A stretch of 64,000 nt of DNA. Origin: an uncultured Hyphomicrobiales bacterium (GTDB lineage Bacteria > Bacteroidota > Ignavibacteria > Kapaibacteriales > UBA2268). The first letter of the stretch is position 1; each line of letters opens with the position of its first letter. Shown here one piece after another: positions 1 through 10,105 of this stretch. The DNA is taken from NCBI GenBank assembly GCA_964462685.1, contig CAYWYR010000016.1, forward strand, positions 14,174 through 78,173, given 5' to 3'. The position numbers were made by a program, and so were the translations under genes. A model generated the notes under the pieces. The model was given only the letters and a program-made list of their open reading frames with translations. It searched no databases and was not told the DNA's origin.

Positions 1-259
1 TAGCTTTGCCTTTTGAGTGGATTTCCCAGGTAAGAGATTCAGCTTTTTTCTGATCGCAGGAAGTAGCTTTCATGATCTGGTTGATGACTTCTTCAAAAGT
101 GTGCCATTCATCATTGAATACGATTACTTTAGCTGGCAAATCAACGCCTACTTCGTCAAGTTCTTCCACTTCCACCTCTTCCAAGGTTTCGGGCTGTTCG
201 GCATCTGAACCGTCGTGTATATCAGATAGAAAGATCAACTGGATAGAATTGGTATGCAT
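1..259 (-). CDS. clpS: ATP-dependent Clp protease adaptor ClpS (partial, runs off window start)
   Basis: Not in the ORF track. Manual translation from ATG at 259 gives ...LPAKVIVFNDEWHTFEEVINQIMKATSCDQKKAESLTWEIHSKGKA, matching the ClpS pattern V-x-x-x-ND-x-x-x-T-x-E-x-V ... H-x-x-G-x-A. Confidence 0.85.
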   Translation of the reverse strand, partial: MHTNSIQLIFLSDIHDGSDAEQPETLEEVEVEELDEVGVDLPAKVIVFNDEWHTFEEVINQIMKATSCDQKKAESLTWEIHSKGKA

Positions 260-476
260 TTGTGACTGTGTAAGATAAATTTCAGGTAGTAGGATTTTAT
301 ATCGAACAAATCTAAGTTAGATTTTATATCATTCAAAAAAAGATATTGTTATAGATCGATCTGACAACTAATCTTCTTACTTGTGGATAAACTACGCTAA
401 AAGTCTATCTGTTTTTCGTAATTTATGAGCTTATAAAAGTGTAAAACCGAAAATCTCGAATAAACAATAGCTTGAT

Positions 477-2459
477 ATGCACGAACTAATATATCTGGTT
501 CCACTACTGCCCCTTCTCGGTTTCATCGTCGTTGGTTTATTCGGCAGTTATATAAAGAGTGAAAAGCTCATTGGAGTAATAACCAGCTCCACCGTTCTAG
601 CAGGGTTTGTTATAGCCGTTCTCACTTTTCTGGAGATAAGCGCAGATGCCCCAACAGAACCATATATCGTAACCCTTTTCGATTTTATATCCACGGGATA
701 TGTCGATTTTGCGATATCTTATCAGGTCGATCAGCTTTCGATCTTGTTCACAATGATAATAACTGGTATAGGTTTCCTGATACATGTCTATTCAGTAGGC
801 TATATGCATGGCGATCGTAGCTTCTATAGGTTTTTCGCATATCTGAATCTCTTCGTATTCATGATGCTCAATCTTGTATTAGCCGATAACATGCTTCTTA
901 CATTCTTCGGATGGGAGGGTGTAGGTTTAGCTTCTTACCTACTCATCGGATTCTGGTACGATCAGAGATTCCCTGGTTATAGGATAACATGGACAGGTGA
1001 TGCAGCGAACAAAGCATTCATCGTAAACAGGATAGGCGACTTTGGTTTCTTGCTTGCTATGTTCTTGATCTTTATGAACTTCGGCACGCTTGACTATTTT
1101 GGAATTGAGAATCTAGCTATTGCTTATGGTGCGGAACTGGGCGGTACGGCTCTTATGACTACCATAACACTTCTTCTATTCCTTGCATGTACCGGTAAAT
1201 CAGCACAATTGCCATTAGCTGGATGGCTACCAGATGCAATGGCAGGCCCGACTTCTGTATCGGCACTAATACACGCCGCAACAATGGTAACAGCGGGTAT
1301 ATTCCTGATAGCCAGGAACGCGACTTTATTTGCCATGTCAACAGATGCAATGATGGTTGTAGCGATCGTAGGTGCAGTTACAGCTCTACTAGCGGCTTCT
1401 ATCGGTCTGGTTCAGAACGATATTAAAAAAGTACTTGCTTATTCTACAGTATCTCAGCTTGGTTTCATGTTTGTCGCACTAGGGGTCGGCGCCTGGACTG
1501 CAGCACTGTTCCACGTTATGACTCACGCCTTTTTCAAAGGACTTATGTTCCTTGGTGCTGGTTCAGTGATACACGGTATGCACCACGAACAGGATATCAA
1601 GAAAATGGGCGGGCTTAAAAAGCATATGCCTACAACTTACTGGACATTCCTGATCGGCTGTCTGGCGATCTCAGGTATTCCGTTCTTCAGTGGTTTCTTC
1701 TCTAAAGATGAAATATTATGGCTAACATTTAGCTCAGAGTATGGTGGATGGTGGTTATGGGCAATACTTGCTCTTGCTGCGTTCTTTACCGCTTTCTATA
1801 TGTTTAGACTTTTCTTCCTTACCTTCCATGGCAAGGAAAGGTTCGATGTAGCGAAAGTCAACCCGCATGAATCACCTAAGAGTATGACAATACCGCTAGT
1901 TGTTCTAGCAGTGCTTTCGGCTATTGGTGGTTTTATTGGTATACCTTTCGCCCTTGGATATCCTCTTGGACTCGGAGATCATCCAAATATGCTACATAAT
2001 TACTTGATGCCGATTTTCGCTGATGCCGACAGAATCCTTGGTATTGAACCGCATCATGAAGTACACGCTATAGAGTATATACTTATGATAGTATCAACGC
2101 TTGTAGCTATAATCGCTATCTTACTGGCCAAAAAACTATATACAGATCCTGAACTGAAAACAGCGACTAATCTTACAAAGAAATATCCTTCTGCATATAA
2201 GAAACTATGGAACAAATGGTATCTTGACGAAGGATACTACAAAGGCTTCGTGGATCCGATATTCAAATTCTCGAACGGTTTCCTATGGAAAAAATTCGAT
2301 GTTAGCTTTATCGATGGTATAGTGAACGGCTCTGGAAAACTTACGAGGTCTTTTGGTAACTTACTGAAAGGTCTTCAGTCCGGCGTCGCTCAAAACTATG
2401 CCGTTCTTATGATGTTAGGGATAGCGGTGATTATCATATTAATGGTATCTCACCTGTAA
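477..2459 (+). CDS. nuoL: NADH-quinone oxidoreductase subunit L
   Basis: Multi-TM protein with GWEGVGLASYLLIGFW, GKSAQLPLAGWLPDAMAGPT, ALIHAATMVTAG and KKVLAYSTVSQLG motifs. Confidence 0.96.
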   Translation: MHELIYLVPLLPLLGFIVVGLFGSYIKSEKLIGVITSSTVLAGFVIAVLTFLEISADAPTEPYIVTLFDFISTGYVDFAISYQVDQLSILFTMIITGIGFLIHVYSVGYMHGDRSFYRFFAYLNLFVFMMLNLVLADNMLLTFFGWEGVGLASYLLIGFWYDQRFPGYRITWTGDAANKAFIVNRIGDFGFLLAMFLIFMNFGTLDYFGIENLAIAYGAELGGTALMTTITLLLFLACTGKSAQLPLAGWLPDAMAGPTSVSALIHAATMVTAGIFLIARNATLFAMSTDAMMVVAIVGAVTALLAASIGLVQNDIKKVLAYSTVSQLGFMFVALGVGAWTAALFHVMTHAFFKGLMFLGAGSVIHGMHHEQDIKKMGGLKKHMPTTYWTFLIGCLAISGIPFFSGFFSKDEILWLTFSSEYGGWWLWAILALAAFFTAFYMFRLFFLTFHGKERFDVAKVNPHESPKSMTIPLVVLAVLSAIGGFIGIPFALGYPLGLGDHPNMLHNYLMPIFADADRILGIEPHHEVHAIEYILMIVSTLVAIIAILLAKKLYTDPELKTATNLTKKYPSAYKKLWNKWYLDEGYYKGFVDPIFKFSNGFLWKKFDVSFIDGIVNGSGKLTRSFGNLLKGLQSGVAQNYAVLMMLGIAVIIILMVSHL

Positions 2460-2524
2460 ATCGAAAAAATCATAACTGATTTTAATAAAAACAGAATTCA
2501 AATAAAGAAGTATTCTACATAAGT

Positions 2525-4075
2525 ATGAACCTTTTACTTGTCACTCTGCTCCTGCCACTTGCAGGTTCCATAATTACCTTGTTTTTAGGTAAAAACAGAG
2601 AACTCGCTCAGAAGACTTCTCTCGTTGTCTCGCTTATTACCTTCGCTGTGTCTATCGTGCTCTTTATGGGTTTTGATATGAGCAACGCAGGATTCCAATT
2701 TGTGATAGACCAGCAATGGATACCGGTATTCGATGCCGGGTTCAGGATAGGTATCGACGGAATGTCAATGCTGATGATCCTTCTATCAAACTTTATTATG
2801 CCGATAGCCCTGCTTTCTTCTTTTGATTCTATCAAAAAAAGAGATGGCGCTTACTATAGTCTAGTTCAGCTACTGCATTTCGGGATGCTCGGTGTATTCA
2901 TATCGCTCGATCTGTTCCTGTTCTATGTTTTCTGGGAAGTCATACTTATCCCGATGTTCTTTGTAATCGGTGTATGGGGCGGCTCTAAAAGACTATATGC
3001 TTCAGTAAAGTTCTTTATCTATACTGTTGTAGGTTCCCTGTTTATGCTAGTTGCTATAGTATGGCTTGGTAACTTTGCCGCTGACGCTCTTGGTGGCTTT
3101 ACTACAGACTATATCAAGCTCACATCGATTTCTCAAAATGTACCGATGGATATCCAGACCTGGCTTTTCTTAGGCTTTGCTCTTTCATTCCTGATCAAGG
3201 TACCGCTCTTTCCTTTCCATACATGGCTACCAGACGCCCACACAGAAGCACCTACGCCTGGCTCGATCATACTAGCAGGAGTACTACTTAAAATGGGTAC
3301 TTACGGTTTAATTAGATTTAATCTAGGTTTCTTCCCAGAAGCATCAGAATATTTCTCTGGTATTATATCAGTGCTTGCAGTTATCGGTATCATATATGGT
3401 GCTGTTGTGGCGATGGTTCAGCCTGATATGAAAAGGCTTGTAGCATATTCTTCTGTATCGCACATGGGCTTTATTGTACTTGGTATATTCTCGATGACGA
3501 CTATTGGGGTTCAGGGAGCGATTCTGCAGATGATAGCACACGGTGTTTCTACCGGTATGCTCTTCCTTGGTGTCGGTGTCCTGTATGAAAGACGCCATAC
3601 TAGGCTTATCGCGGATTATGGTGGAATAGCCAGAGTGATGCCTAAGTTTACTGTATTCTTCGCTATCGCGATGTTTGCATCAGTAGGCCTACCTGGTCTT
3701 TGCGGCTTCGTAGGTGAGTTCCTGACTCTAAAAGGAGCTTTTACATCTGATGTATTAGGATCATATTGGTACACAGTATTTGCCGCTTCGGGCGTTATCT
3801 TCGCTGCAGTTTATCTATTATGGATGTTCCGCAGAGTTATGTTCGGAACAGTTGACAACGAAGCAAATATGAATCTTAAAGATATTACTGGTCGTGAATG
3901 GGCGATGTTCATACCTATGGTAATTCTTGCGGTATGGATAGGCGTTTACTCAAAATCGTTCACTCAGGTATCAGAGGCTTCAACAGCGGCGATACCAGGC
4001 ATTCAAACAGATATAGACCCAGAGTTCGGCAGAAGTCCGATCGGTATATCAAAGTTCTCTCAAGAAGTTAAATAA
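2525..4075 (+). CDS. nuoM: NADH-quinone oxidoreductase subunit M
   Basis: FYVFWE, IKVPLFPFHTWLPDAHTEAPT, LAGVLLKMGTYG and AYSSVSHMG motifs; follows nuoL. Confidence 0.96.
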   Translation: MNLLLVTLLLPLAGSIITLFLGKNRELAQKTSLVVSLITFAVSIVLFMGFDMSNAGFQFVIDQQWIPVFDAGFRIGIDGMSMLMILLSNFIMPIALLSSFDSIKKRDGAYYSLVQLLHFGMLGVFISLDLFLFYVFWEVILIPMFFVIGVWGGSKRLYASVKFFIYTVVGSLFMLVAIVWLGNFAADALGGFTTDYIKLTSISQNVPMDIQTWLFLGFALSFLIKVPLFPFHTWLPDAHTEAPTPGSIILAGVLLKMGTYGLIRFNLGFFPEASEYFSGIISVLAVIGIIYGAVVAMVQPDMKRLVAYSSVSHMGFIVLGIFSMTTIGVQGAILQMIAHGVSTGMLFLGVGVLYERRHTRLIADYGGIARVMPKFTVFFAIAMFASVGLPGLCGFVGEFLTLKGAFTSDVLGSYWYTVFAASGVIFAAVYLLWMFRRVMFGTVDNEANMNLKDITGREWAMFIPMVILAVWIGVYSKSFTQVSEASTAAIPGIQTDIDPEFGRSPIGISKFSQEVK

Positions 4076-4110
4076 ACAGCTAAAGAAAGAAAAAACAACG
4101 GCAATAATCA

Positions 4111-5616
4111 ATGAATTCTGAATTATTCCTGCTTTCACCAATTATCTGGATAGTTGTTGTAGCATTGATCGGCATCACATTAGATGCAATAAACCAGAAA
4201 AATGCCAACATCGGCTATTTTGCGGCACTTGCGGGCTTAATCGGCTCTGGTGTTTTATCCGCTATGACTCTCGGTGTATCCAAATCGAGCATAATAGCTC
4301 TATACAAAGTACCTGAAACCTTACTAACACACGGTACAGTATCATTTGGCGGTTTAGGTGCATACTTTGATATACTTTTCTGTATAGCAGGGGTACTTAC
4401 AGTAATAGCCAGCAGAAATTATATAACACTGGAAAACCGAAACACTTCGGAGTATTATAACCTGATTCTGTTCGCTGTTGCTGGTATGATGATTATAGCT
4501 CATTCAAAGCATCTGCTAACGCTCTTTATCGGTATAGAAACGATGTCCGTTACCTTCTATATCCTATCAGGTTATTTCAGACATTCTGCCAAATCGGTTG
4601 AAGCCTCACTTAAGTATTTCCTTCTGGGAGCTTTCTCTACTGGTTTCCTGCTATACGGTATGGCGATGCTATACGGAGCAACTGGCACAATGTATCTCGG
4701 CTATGGACCTGGTGGGCTGGATATAGCAACTGCAGTATCTAAAGGAATGATATCCAACTATTATTTCCTGGCTATAGGTATTGGTATGATGATAGTGGGT
4801 CTCGCATTCAAAGTTGCGGCTTTCCCATTCCATCAGTGGGCTCCAGATGTATATACAGGAGCGCCCACAGTTGTATCAGCATTCATGAGTACCGCAGGTA
4901 AGGGAGCGGCTCTGCTTTCTCTTATCATTGTAGCGTATTACAGTTTCTTCCCTACAGGTGCCGAGCAAGTAATCGGTAATACTGAAAGCGCGATATTCGT
5001 CATCGCCGTTATATCGGCCTTGACGATGCTGGCCGGTAATATCTCCGCTCTGGTACAGAAGAACGTAAAACGTATGCTAGCTTTCTCTTCCGTGGCTCAC
5101 GCCGGTTATCTGCTTATGGGTATCGTCGCTAATTCCCCAGAAGGATGGAACGCCATAGTTTATTATATCACAGCATACACATTCATGCAGATCGGTGCTT
5201 TCGTTGTGGTATCCTTGCTAGAAAGAGATACTGATCGGAACCAGGAAATCGAAGATTATTCTGGTCTGTATAAATCCAATCCAGTACTGGCCTTCATTAT
5301 GGCGGTATTTATGTTCTCTCTAGCAGGTATCCCGCCTATGGCTGGATTCTTCGGTAAGTATTACCTCTTTAGTGCTGCTATTCAATCAGGATATACCTGG
5401 CTGACAGTAATCGCTGTTATATCTTCGATAATATCAATGTACTTTTATATAGGCTTAGTGCTTCAGATGTACTTTAAAGATAGAGAAGAAGGCGAACAGC
5501 TTACCTCTATAGGCGGGGGCGGGAAGTGGGTTGTATATATTTCTGTGGCAGCGGTATTCGCACTTGGATTTGTTCCGATGCTGATAACAGATATCACAAC
5601 TAACTTGTTCCCTTAA
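4111..5616 (+). CDS. nuoN: NADH-quinone oxidoreductase subunit N
   Basis: EASLKYFLLG, FKVAAFPFHQWAPDVYTGAPT, KRMLAFSSVAHAGY and SLAGIPP motifs. Confidence 0.95.
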   Translation: MNSELFLLSPIIWIVVVALIGITLDAINQKNANIGYFAALAGLIGSGVLSAMTLGVSKSSIIALYKVPETLLTHGTVSFGGLGAYFDILFCIAGVLTVIASRNYITLENRNTSEYYNLILFAVAGMMIIAHSKHLLTLFIGIETMSVTFYILSGYFRHSAKSVEASLKYFLLGAFSTGFLLYGMAMLYGATGTMYLGYGPGGLDIATAVSKGMISNYYFLAIGIGMMIVGLAFKVAAFPFHQWAPDVYTGAPTVVSAFMSTAGKGAALLSLIIVAYYSFFPTGAEQVIGNTESAIFVIAVISALTMLAGNISALVQKNVKRMLAFSSVAHAGYLLMGIVANSPEGWNAIVYYITAYTFMQIGAFVVVSLLERDTDRNQEIEDYSGLYKSNPVLAFIMAVFMFSLAGIPPMAGFFGKYYLFSAAIQSGYTWLTVIAVISSIISMYFYIGLVLQMYFKDREEGEQLTSIGGGGKWVVYISVAAVFALGFVPMLITDITTNLFP

Positions 5617-5680
5617 TAGTATTTTAAGAGACTGAAACAATTAAACGTTTCGATCTGTTAGATATCAAAATAACAAACAT

Positions 5681-5688
5681 TATATTTG
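5681..5688 (+). promoter_or_regulatory. TAnnTTTG-type (-7) housekeeping promoter element
   Basis: TATATTTG ends 6 nt before ATG 5695. Confidence 0.45.
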
Positions 5689-6201
5689 ATGAGTATGAGA
5701 AAATTACTGATTCCAATTGCCGCACTATCTTCACTTTTCTTTTCCTGCGAAGATAACACAACTGATCCTGCTGACTTTGAAGCTACAGAATTAACAGTAG
5801 CCGATCTTAGAAGTAATCCAGGATTCTCAGATTTTCTCATCACCTATAATGATTATACTCCTGACAATACTCTAGTACAACAGATATCAGAGAACTTTGA
5901 TGAAGGCTCTGAAACAATAGCGATTTTTGTTAAGCCTTCTTGTAGTTGTACTAATACCCAAGAAACTTTACCACACTTTATTAAGGCCCTTGATGAAGCG
6001 GGAGTAGGTAGCGAGAATATTAAAGTATTTTCTATGAGAGAGGAAAATAACCTGCATCCTTATAGCGAGTCTTTATCAATCCGAAAACTACCAGAGTTTC
6101 ATGTTATTCGCGATGGCGAGTTTGTCTATTCTATAGTTGACAGTATGGAAGCTGGCGGTGGTATGCCGATTGAGTTCTATGCTGCCGAATCATTAAAATA
6201 A
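5686..6201 (+). CDS. Lipoprotein with probable thioredoxin-like fold (likely start 5695)
   Basis: Lipoprotein signal ending FFSC; IAIFVKPSCSCTNT at the Trx active-site position; cis-Pro-like LPEF. Confidence 0.55.
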   Translation: MMSMRKLLIPIAALSSLFFSCEDNTTDPADFEATELTVADLRSNPGFSDFLITYNDYTPDNTLVQQISENFDEGSETIAIFVKPSCSCTNTQETLPHFIKALDEAGVGSENIKVFSMREENNLHPYSESLSIRKLPEFHVIRDGEFVYSIVDSMEAGGGMPIEFYAAESLK

Positions 6202-6220
6202 CGCCTCAAGAATTAACCAA

Positions 6221-6631
6221 ATGGCATACTGGATAATCAAATCTGATCCCGATTCATATTCATTCTCGGATATGAAAAGAGATAAAGAAACCACATGGGA
6301 TGGGGTTAGGAATTACCAAGCTCGTAATAATCTGCGAGATATGGCACCGGGAGATAAATGCGTTTTCTATATGTCGGTATCCGATAAAGCTGCTATCGGC
6401 GTAGTAGAAGTTAAAGCAGAGGCAATCCAGGACCCCACTACCGATGACCCGCGATGGGTAGCTCCGTTGGTAACCTTTGAAAAAGAGTTTGCCAGGCCAG
6501 TGCACTTAAAAGAATTCAAGGCAGATGACATCCTAAAAGAGACACCGCTGGTGAAACAGTCACGCCTATCTGTATGCCCTATCACCGAAGAACAATATGA
6601 TAGGATACTCGATTTAGGGATGGATTCCTAA
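6221..6631 (+). CDS. EVE domain-containing protein
   Basis: YWIIKSDP, WDGVRNYQARNNLR and RLSV motifs typical of EVE. Confidence 0.92.
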   Translation: MAYWIIKSDPDSYSFSDMKRDKETTWDGVRNYQARNNLRDMAPGDKCVFYMSVSDKAAIGVVEVKAEAIQDPTTDDPRWVAPLVTFEKEFARPVHLKEFKADDILKETPLVKQSRLSVCPITEEQYDRILDLGMDS

Positions 6632-6643
6632 GAAGGTTCTCTT

Positions 6644-7678
6644 CTATATAATCTCTTTTATGCTTATACTCTCCATACATTTGTGATGTCCGAGCGGGCA
6701 CTCGATAGTTCCGTGAATGGAGCATGGAGAACAGTCCAGCCCTTTATATACTATCTTATCTCTTTCACCTGTAGGATAGAATCCGAAATATGGAGATGTT
6801 GGGCCAAATATAGTAGTAACTGGAGTTCCATGAAGATTAGCTAAATGTGTAGGTGCTGAGTCATTTGAGTAAACCCTATCGGATTGTGATACTAAATATG
6901 CAGTCTCAACCAGTTTTAAGCTGCCAGCTAGATCTATAGCATCGCTATTTTCAACTATATGAGCCGTAAGCGATTTCTCGCTTTCAGTACCACAAATATA
7001 TACCTGACCATTTTTTGCGAGCTCATTTGAAAGATCAGTAAATCCCTTTGGCGTATATCTTTTCGTAGGCCATACCGAACCAGGGAAAATAAGATAAAAA
7101 GCTTTTTGATCTGATCTTGTTTGAGCGAGTATCATATCTACTCTGGACTTAGTTGTATTGGTATATTCGATATTACAATAAGGCTTATATTCATCTTGTG
7201 TTATAAGATTATAAAAAGATTTTAATCTTTCAAGTTCATGTATACCTTTTATATATTTGATTGATTTACCAAGGTATATAAACTTACCTTGGGATGTATT
7301 GTACCTAAGTTTTTGAATTTTGACTCTCACTTTAGCCGCGATTTTTGAGGATCTGAACCCAGGATGTAGATTTATATAAAAATCTGGCTTGAACTTATTA
7401 ATAGCATTAACAATATATTCTATACCTGTAGAGCCACTATTTTCATTTCTTTTATCGTAGGGTATTACATCATCTATTTGTTTAATTGACTGAGCTATAT
7501 CAACTAGTGCGGGCGGTACTATAATTACTACCTTGAAATTACCAGAGGAATTCTTTAAAGCCGCAGCGAAACGAAGACTAATAAGCACATCACCAATAAA
7601 TCCCATTGAATATATAACGATAGTATTCTTAGGAGATAATCTTGCTTGTTTGTTGCCTGTTTTTTTATCAAACATCAA
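6644..7678 (-). CDS. Glycosyltransferase family 9 (LPS heptosyltransferase-like)
   Basis: IGDVL, PGSVWPTKRY, NDSAPTHLA, IFGPTSP and the C-terminal CSPC...CPLGHHKCM. Confidence 0.88.
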   Translation of the reverse strand: MMFDKKTGNKQARLSPKNTIVIYSMGFIGDVLISLRFAAALKNSSGNFKVVIIVPPALVDIAQSIKQIDDVIPYDKRNENSGSTGIEYIVNAINKFKPDFYINLHPGFRSSKIAAKVRVKIQKLRYNTSQGKFIYLGKSIKYIKGIHELERLKSFYNLITQDEYKPYCNIEYTNTTKSRVDMILAQTRSDQKAFYLIFPGSVWPTKRYTPKGFTDLSNELAKNGQVYICGTESEKSLTAHIVENSDAIDLAGSLKLVETAYLVSQSDRVYSNDSAPTHLANLHGTPVTTIFGPTSPYFGFYPTGERDKIVYKGLDCSPCSIHGTIECPLGHHKCMESISIKEII

Positions 7679-8552
7679 ACTTCCAACGATTGTGTTGCCA
7701 AGCCCATAGCTCAGGTCTCTTTCTGATATGATCCTCTAGTATCTTAACATGCCTACCAGTAAGCTCTTCTACGGGGTTTTCAAACCTTTCTAGCCCAATT
7801 CTATCAACTTCCTTCAATTCCACCTCATAGCGCCCATCTGGCAGCCTGTTGGCAAAACCCATCACGATTGGTATGTCGTATTTAAAGGATAGAGCTGCAG
7901 GCGACTCGTGAGTCGCTGCTTTCCTTCCGAAAAAATCAACATACACATCTTTATCTTTTGTGGCTCTTTGATCAGCGAGAAGTGCTAGAATGCCTTTATG
8001 ATTGATAACTTCGAGCATAGGCCTTGCCGCCTTACCCATATCGATAATATTGTTGCCCCACTTACCTCTCAGGCTTATCAGCTTTTTGTTGACTGTATCA
8101 TTATTCTGATATTTGACAATCACGTTAACTGTTTCATCCTGCAAAAGCCCTGCTGTAATGGCGAGAAACTCCCAATTACCATAGTGGCCCGAAAGAAGAA
8201 TAAGGCCTTTACCACGGGAATGAAGCCTCGAGATCATCATAGGATTGCGATAAACCACTCTTCCCATTATCTCAGAATCCGTGCAGTTTTCACTTTTAAG
8301 AAGTTCAGCCATAGTTATTCCGAGATTGCGGTAACTTGAGGCAGCAATAGATTTAACTTCTTTTAGAGACTTTTCAGGGAAGGCTTTTGAGATATTGTCT
8401 AATGTGATTTTGTAACGCTTTCTTGATAATCTTGCTAATAGCAGACCTATTTTGGCACCTGAACTTCTAGCCCCTTCCCAGCTTAATACTCTGATATATC
8501 TGCCGTAAGCAGAAAGAAGAAGTGCGACAGTTCGTTTTAGAATGTCTTGCAT
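7668..8552 (-). CDS. Lipid A late acyltransferase (LpxL/HtrB family)
   Basis: HYGNWE, LLADQ, VDFFG and PELWAWQHNRWK motifs. Confidence 0.9.
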   Translation of the reverse strand: MQDILKRTVALLLSAYGRYIRVLSWEGARSSGAKIGLLLARLSRKRYKITLDNISKAFPEKSLKEVKSIAASSYRNLGITMAELLKSENCTDSEIMGRVVYRNPMMISRLHSRGKGLILLSGHYGNWEFLAITAGLLQDETVNVIVKYQNNDTVNKKLISLRGKWGNNIIDMGKAARPMLEVINHKGILALLADQRATKDKDVYVDFFGRKAATHESPAALSFKYDIPIVMGFANRLPDGRYEVELKEVDRIGLERFENPVEELTGRHVKILEDHIRKRPELWAWQHNRWKFDV

Positions 8553-8574
8553 AACTTACCTAATACGCTATATG

Positions 8575-10017
8575 CTACCTTGCCCTTGATGCGTTCTGAT
8601 ATCTCTGGAGTTCAAGATCATCTAAAGCTGGGCGGTACATTTGAATCCAGTTAGGATTTCTCAGTTCGTTCATTGCTGTGGAGTGGACTAAAATGAAATT
8701 TCCAGCACCTACATTATCCACAAAGAAAAACTCTGCCCCACCCTGTACATTTGGATAAAACCATATCTCTGTTGGATGAAGATCGTCTCTCCTGAAAAAC
8801 TCCTGCCTCTGCTCGGGGAAACCATAGGTCATTATAATCCTTCCACGTTCAGTTCTCCAACCTTCATCATAATTGCCATAAGAAAAAAACTGATCGGCAA
8901 AGTCCGCACGTTTGGAATACTCTTCAAAAAACTCATTATAAGTTGTTGTAGTATCAGTATCCCTTATAGAATACATAGCGTATATGGCACGTTGCTTTGC
9001 CTCGTGGCTTGTAAGCTGTTTGAACTGGCCTCTTTCAAAATCAGATAATATATAGCTGAGTTTTTCAAATTCAGTTTTGATATCATTTTCATCCATAGTA
9101 CTAAACACGGATTTCTCGAAAGAGAGCGACTCAAAAAACGGAGTATTCTGGCTTGGGCCAATTTCGGGATTTTCTAGATACACCTTCTTTAAAGGTGAGC
9201 TTGCAAGCAGTTCCCCTTTTTCGTTTTTGATCAAACTCTTAATATAATAAACCCCTGTTGGCCTACCAGCCATCGGTATAGAGACTACCCTACCTATTGT
9301 TTCCATAGGGTCATAATCAATTGATTGATCATATATCTTAAATTTAGAGTAATCTAAAAGCAGATCTACAACAGTGATCTTCCCCAATCCATCTGAATTA
9401 TCAAGATAAGCTTCATAATAATACTGTAGAAATGCATCTGTACCTATATACTGCCGCGTTGGTAGGGGAATCATATAGAATCCGTGTTTCTCGAATTCGG
9501 CTTTCCATTTTACTTCAGATTTTTCTTTTTGTTGGATACCATAGGATATCTGGAAATCTGAAAAAGACTTACCCAAACTGTAGTCAGGTACAACCATTTC
9601 CAATTGGAACGAATCGATATTGATTGGGATAGTGAGGTCTTTTTTATTTTTTACTTTTTGTGATACTAAAATATCAGTCTTGTATTTACCAGGTTTTAAA
9701 GTAAGTTTCTCTGTTCCTAAAAGCACATTTTCATATCTTACACCGGTTTGATCATAACTGCCAAACATTTGTTTGGCCCATACAATAGTATCTGTCTCGT
9801 CCAACTGATTTGTGAGCATCAGCCTGATTGAATAATTAGCTACCGAACTATCTAATCCCCCCATATATTGGAGATCACTATCCCTGAAGGAATAATAAAT
9901 CTCGACTAAACTTCTGTTTCCGGTAGTGCTTTTAAAAGTAGCATAGTCCACCCTCATCGCTGATAAATCTATAAGCGACAAAGCTAGAAAAAAAATATAT
10001 ATCAGGTATGATCTCAT
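8575..10017 (-). CDS. GWxTD domain-containing protein (exported)
   Basis: Signal peptide; EGWRTERGRIIMTYGFP, EIWFY, FFFVD and ILVHST motifs. Confidence 0.88.
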   Translation of the reverse strand: MRSYLIYIFFLALSLIDLSAMRVDYATFKSTTGNRSLVEIYYSFRDSDLQYMGGLDSSVANYSIRLMLTNQLDETDTIVWAKQMFGSYDQTGVRYENVLLGTEKLTLKPGKYKTDILVSQKVKNKKDLTIPINIDSFQLEMVVPDYSLGKSFSDFQISYGIQQKEKSEVKWKAEFEKHGFYMIPLPTRQYIGTDAFLQYYYEAYLDNSDGLGKITVVDLLLDYSKFKIYDQSIDYDPMETIGRVVSIPMAGRPTGVYYIKSLIKNEKGELLASSPLKKVYLENPEIGPSQNTPFFESLSFEKSVFSTMDENDIKTEFEKLSYILSDFERGQFKQLTSHEAKQRAIYAMYSIRDTDTTTTYNEFFEEYSKRADFADQFFSYGNYDEGWRTERGRIIMTYGFPEQRQEFFRRDDLHPTEIWFYPNVQGGAEFFFVDNVGAGNFILVHSTAMNELRNPNWIQMYRPALDDLELQRYQNASRAR

Positions 10018-10046
10018 AAAAAAAGCCGTCCTGTAATAGACGGCTT
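10018..10046 (-). terminator. Rho-independent terminator after the porV-like gene
   Basis: Minus strand AAGCCGTC-tattacag-GACGGCTT followed by a T-run that abuts the next ATG. Confidence 0.75.
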
Positions 10047-10064
10047 GTATTGTTTAGGGTTACA
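10038..10064 (-). promoter_or_regulatory. Putative ECF sigma promoter of the GWxTD gene
   Basis: TGTAACC-N16-GTCT, the same motif as upstream of the sigma gene and the TBDR; the -10 lies in the terminator stem. Confidence 0.6.
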
Positions 10065-10105
10065 TATCAAACTGGTATCTTGATAATAGGATTATGTCGG
10101 TGGAT

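Noticed and set aside
17-278. Two short plus-strand ORFs in the ORF track
   Set aside because: They are shadows of the minus-strand clpS reading frame.
382-390. Perfect DnaA box (and an 8/9 match near 19939) as a possible oriC
   Set aside because: Single isolated boxes, with no cluster and no dnaA/gidA context.
6221-6631. EVE domain as a modification-dependent defence system
   Set aside because: Stand-alone gene with no nuclease fusion or neighbour.
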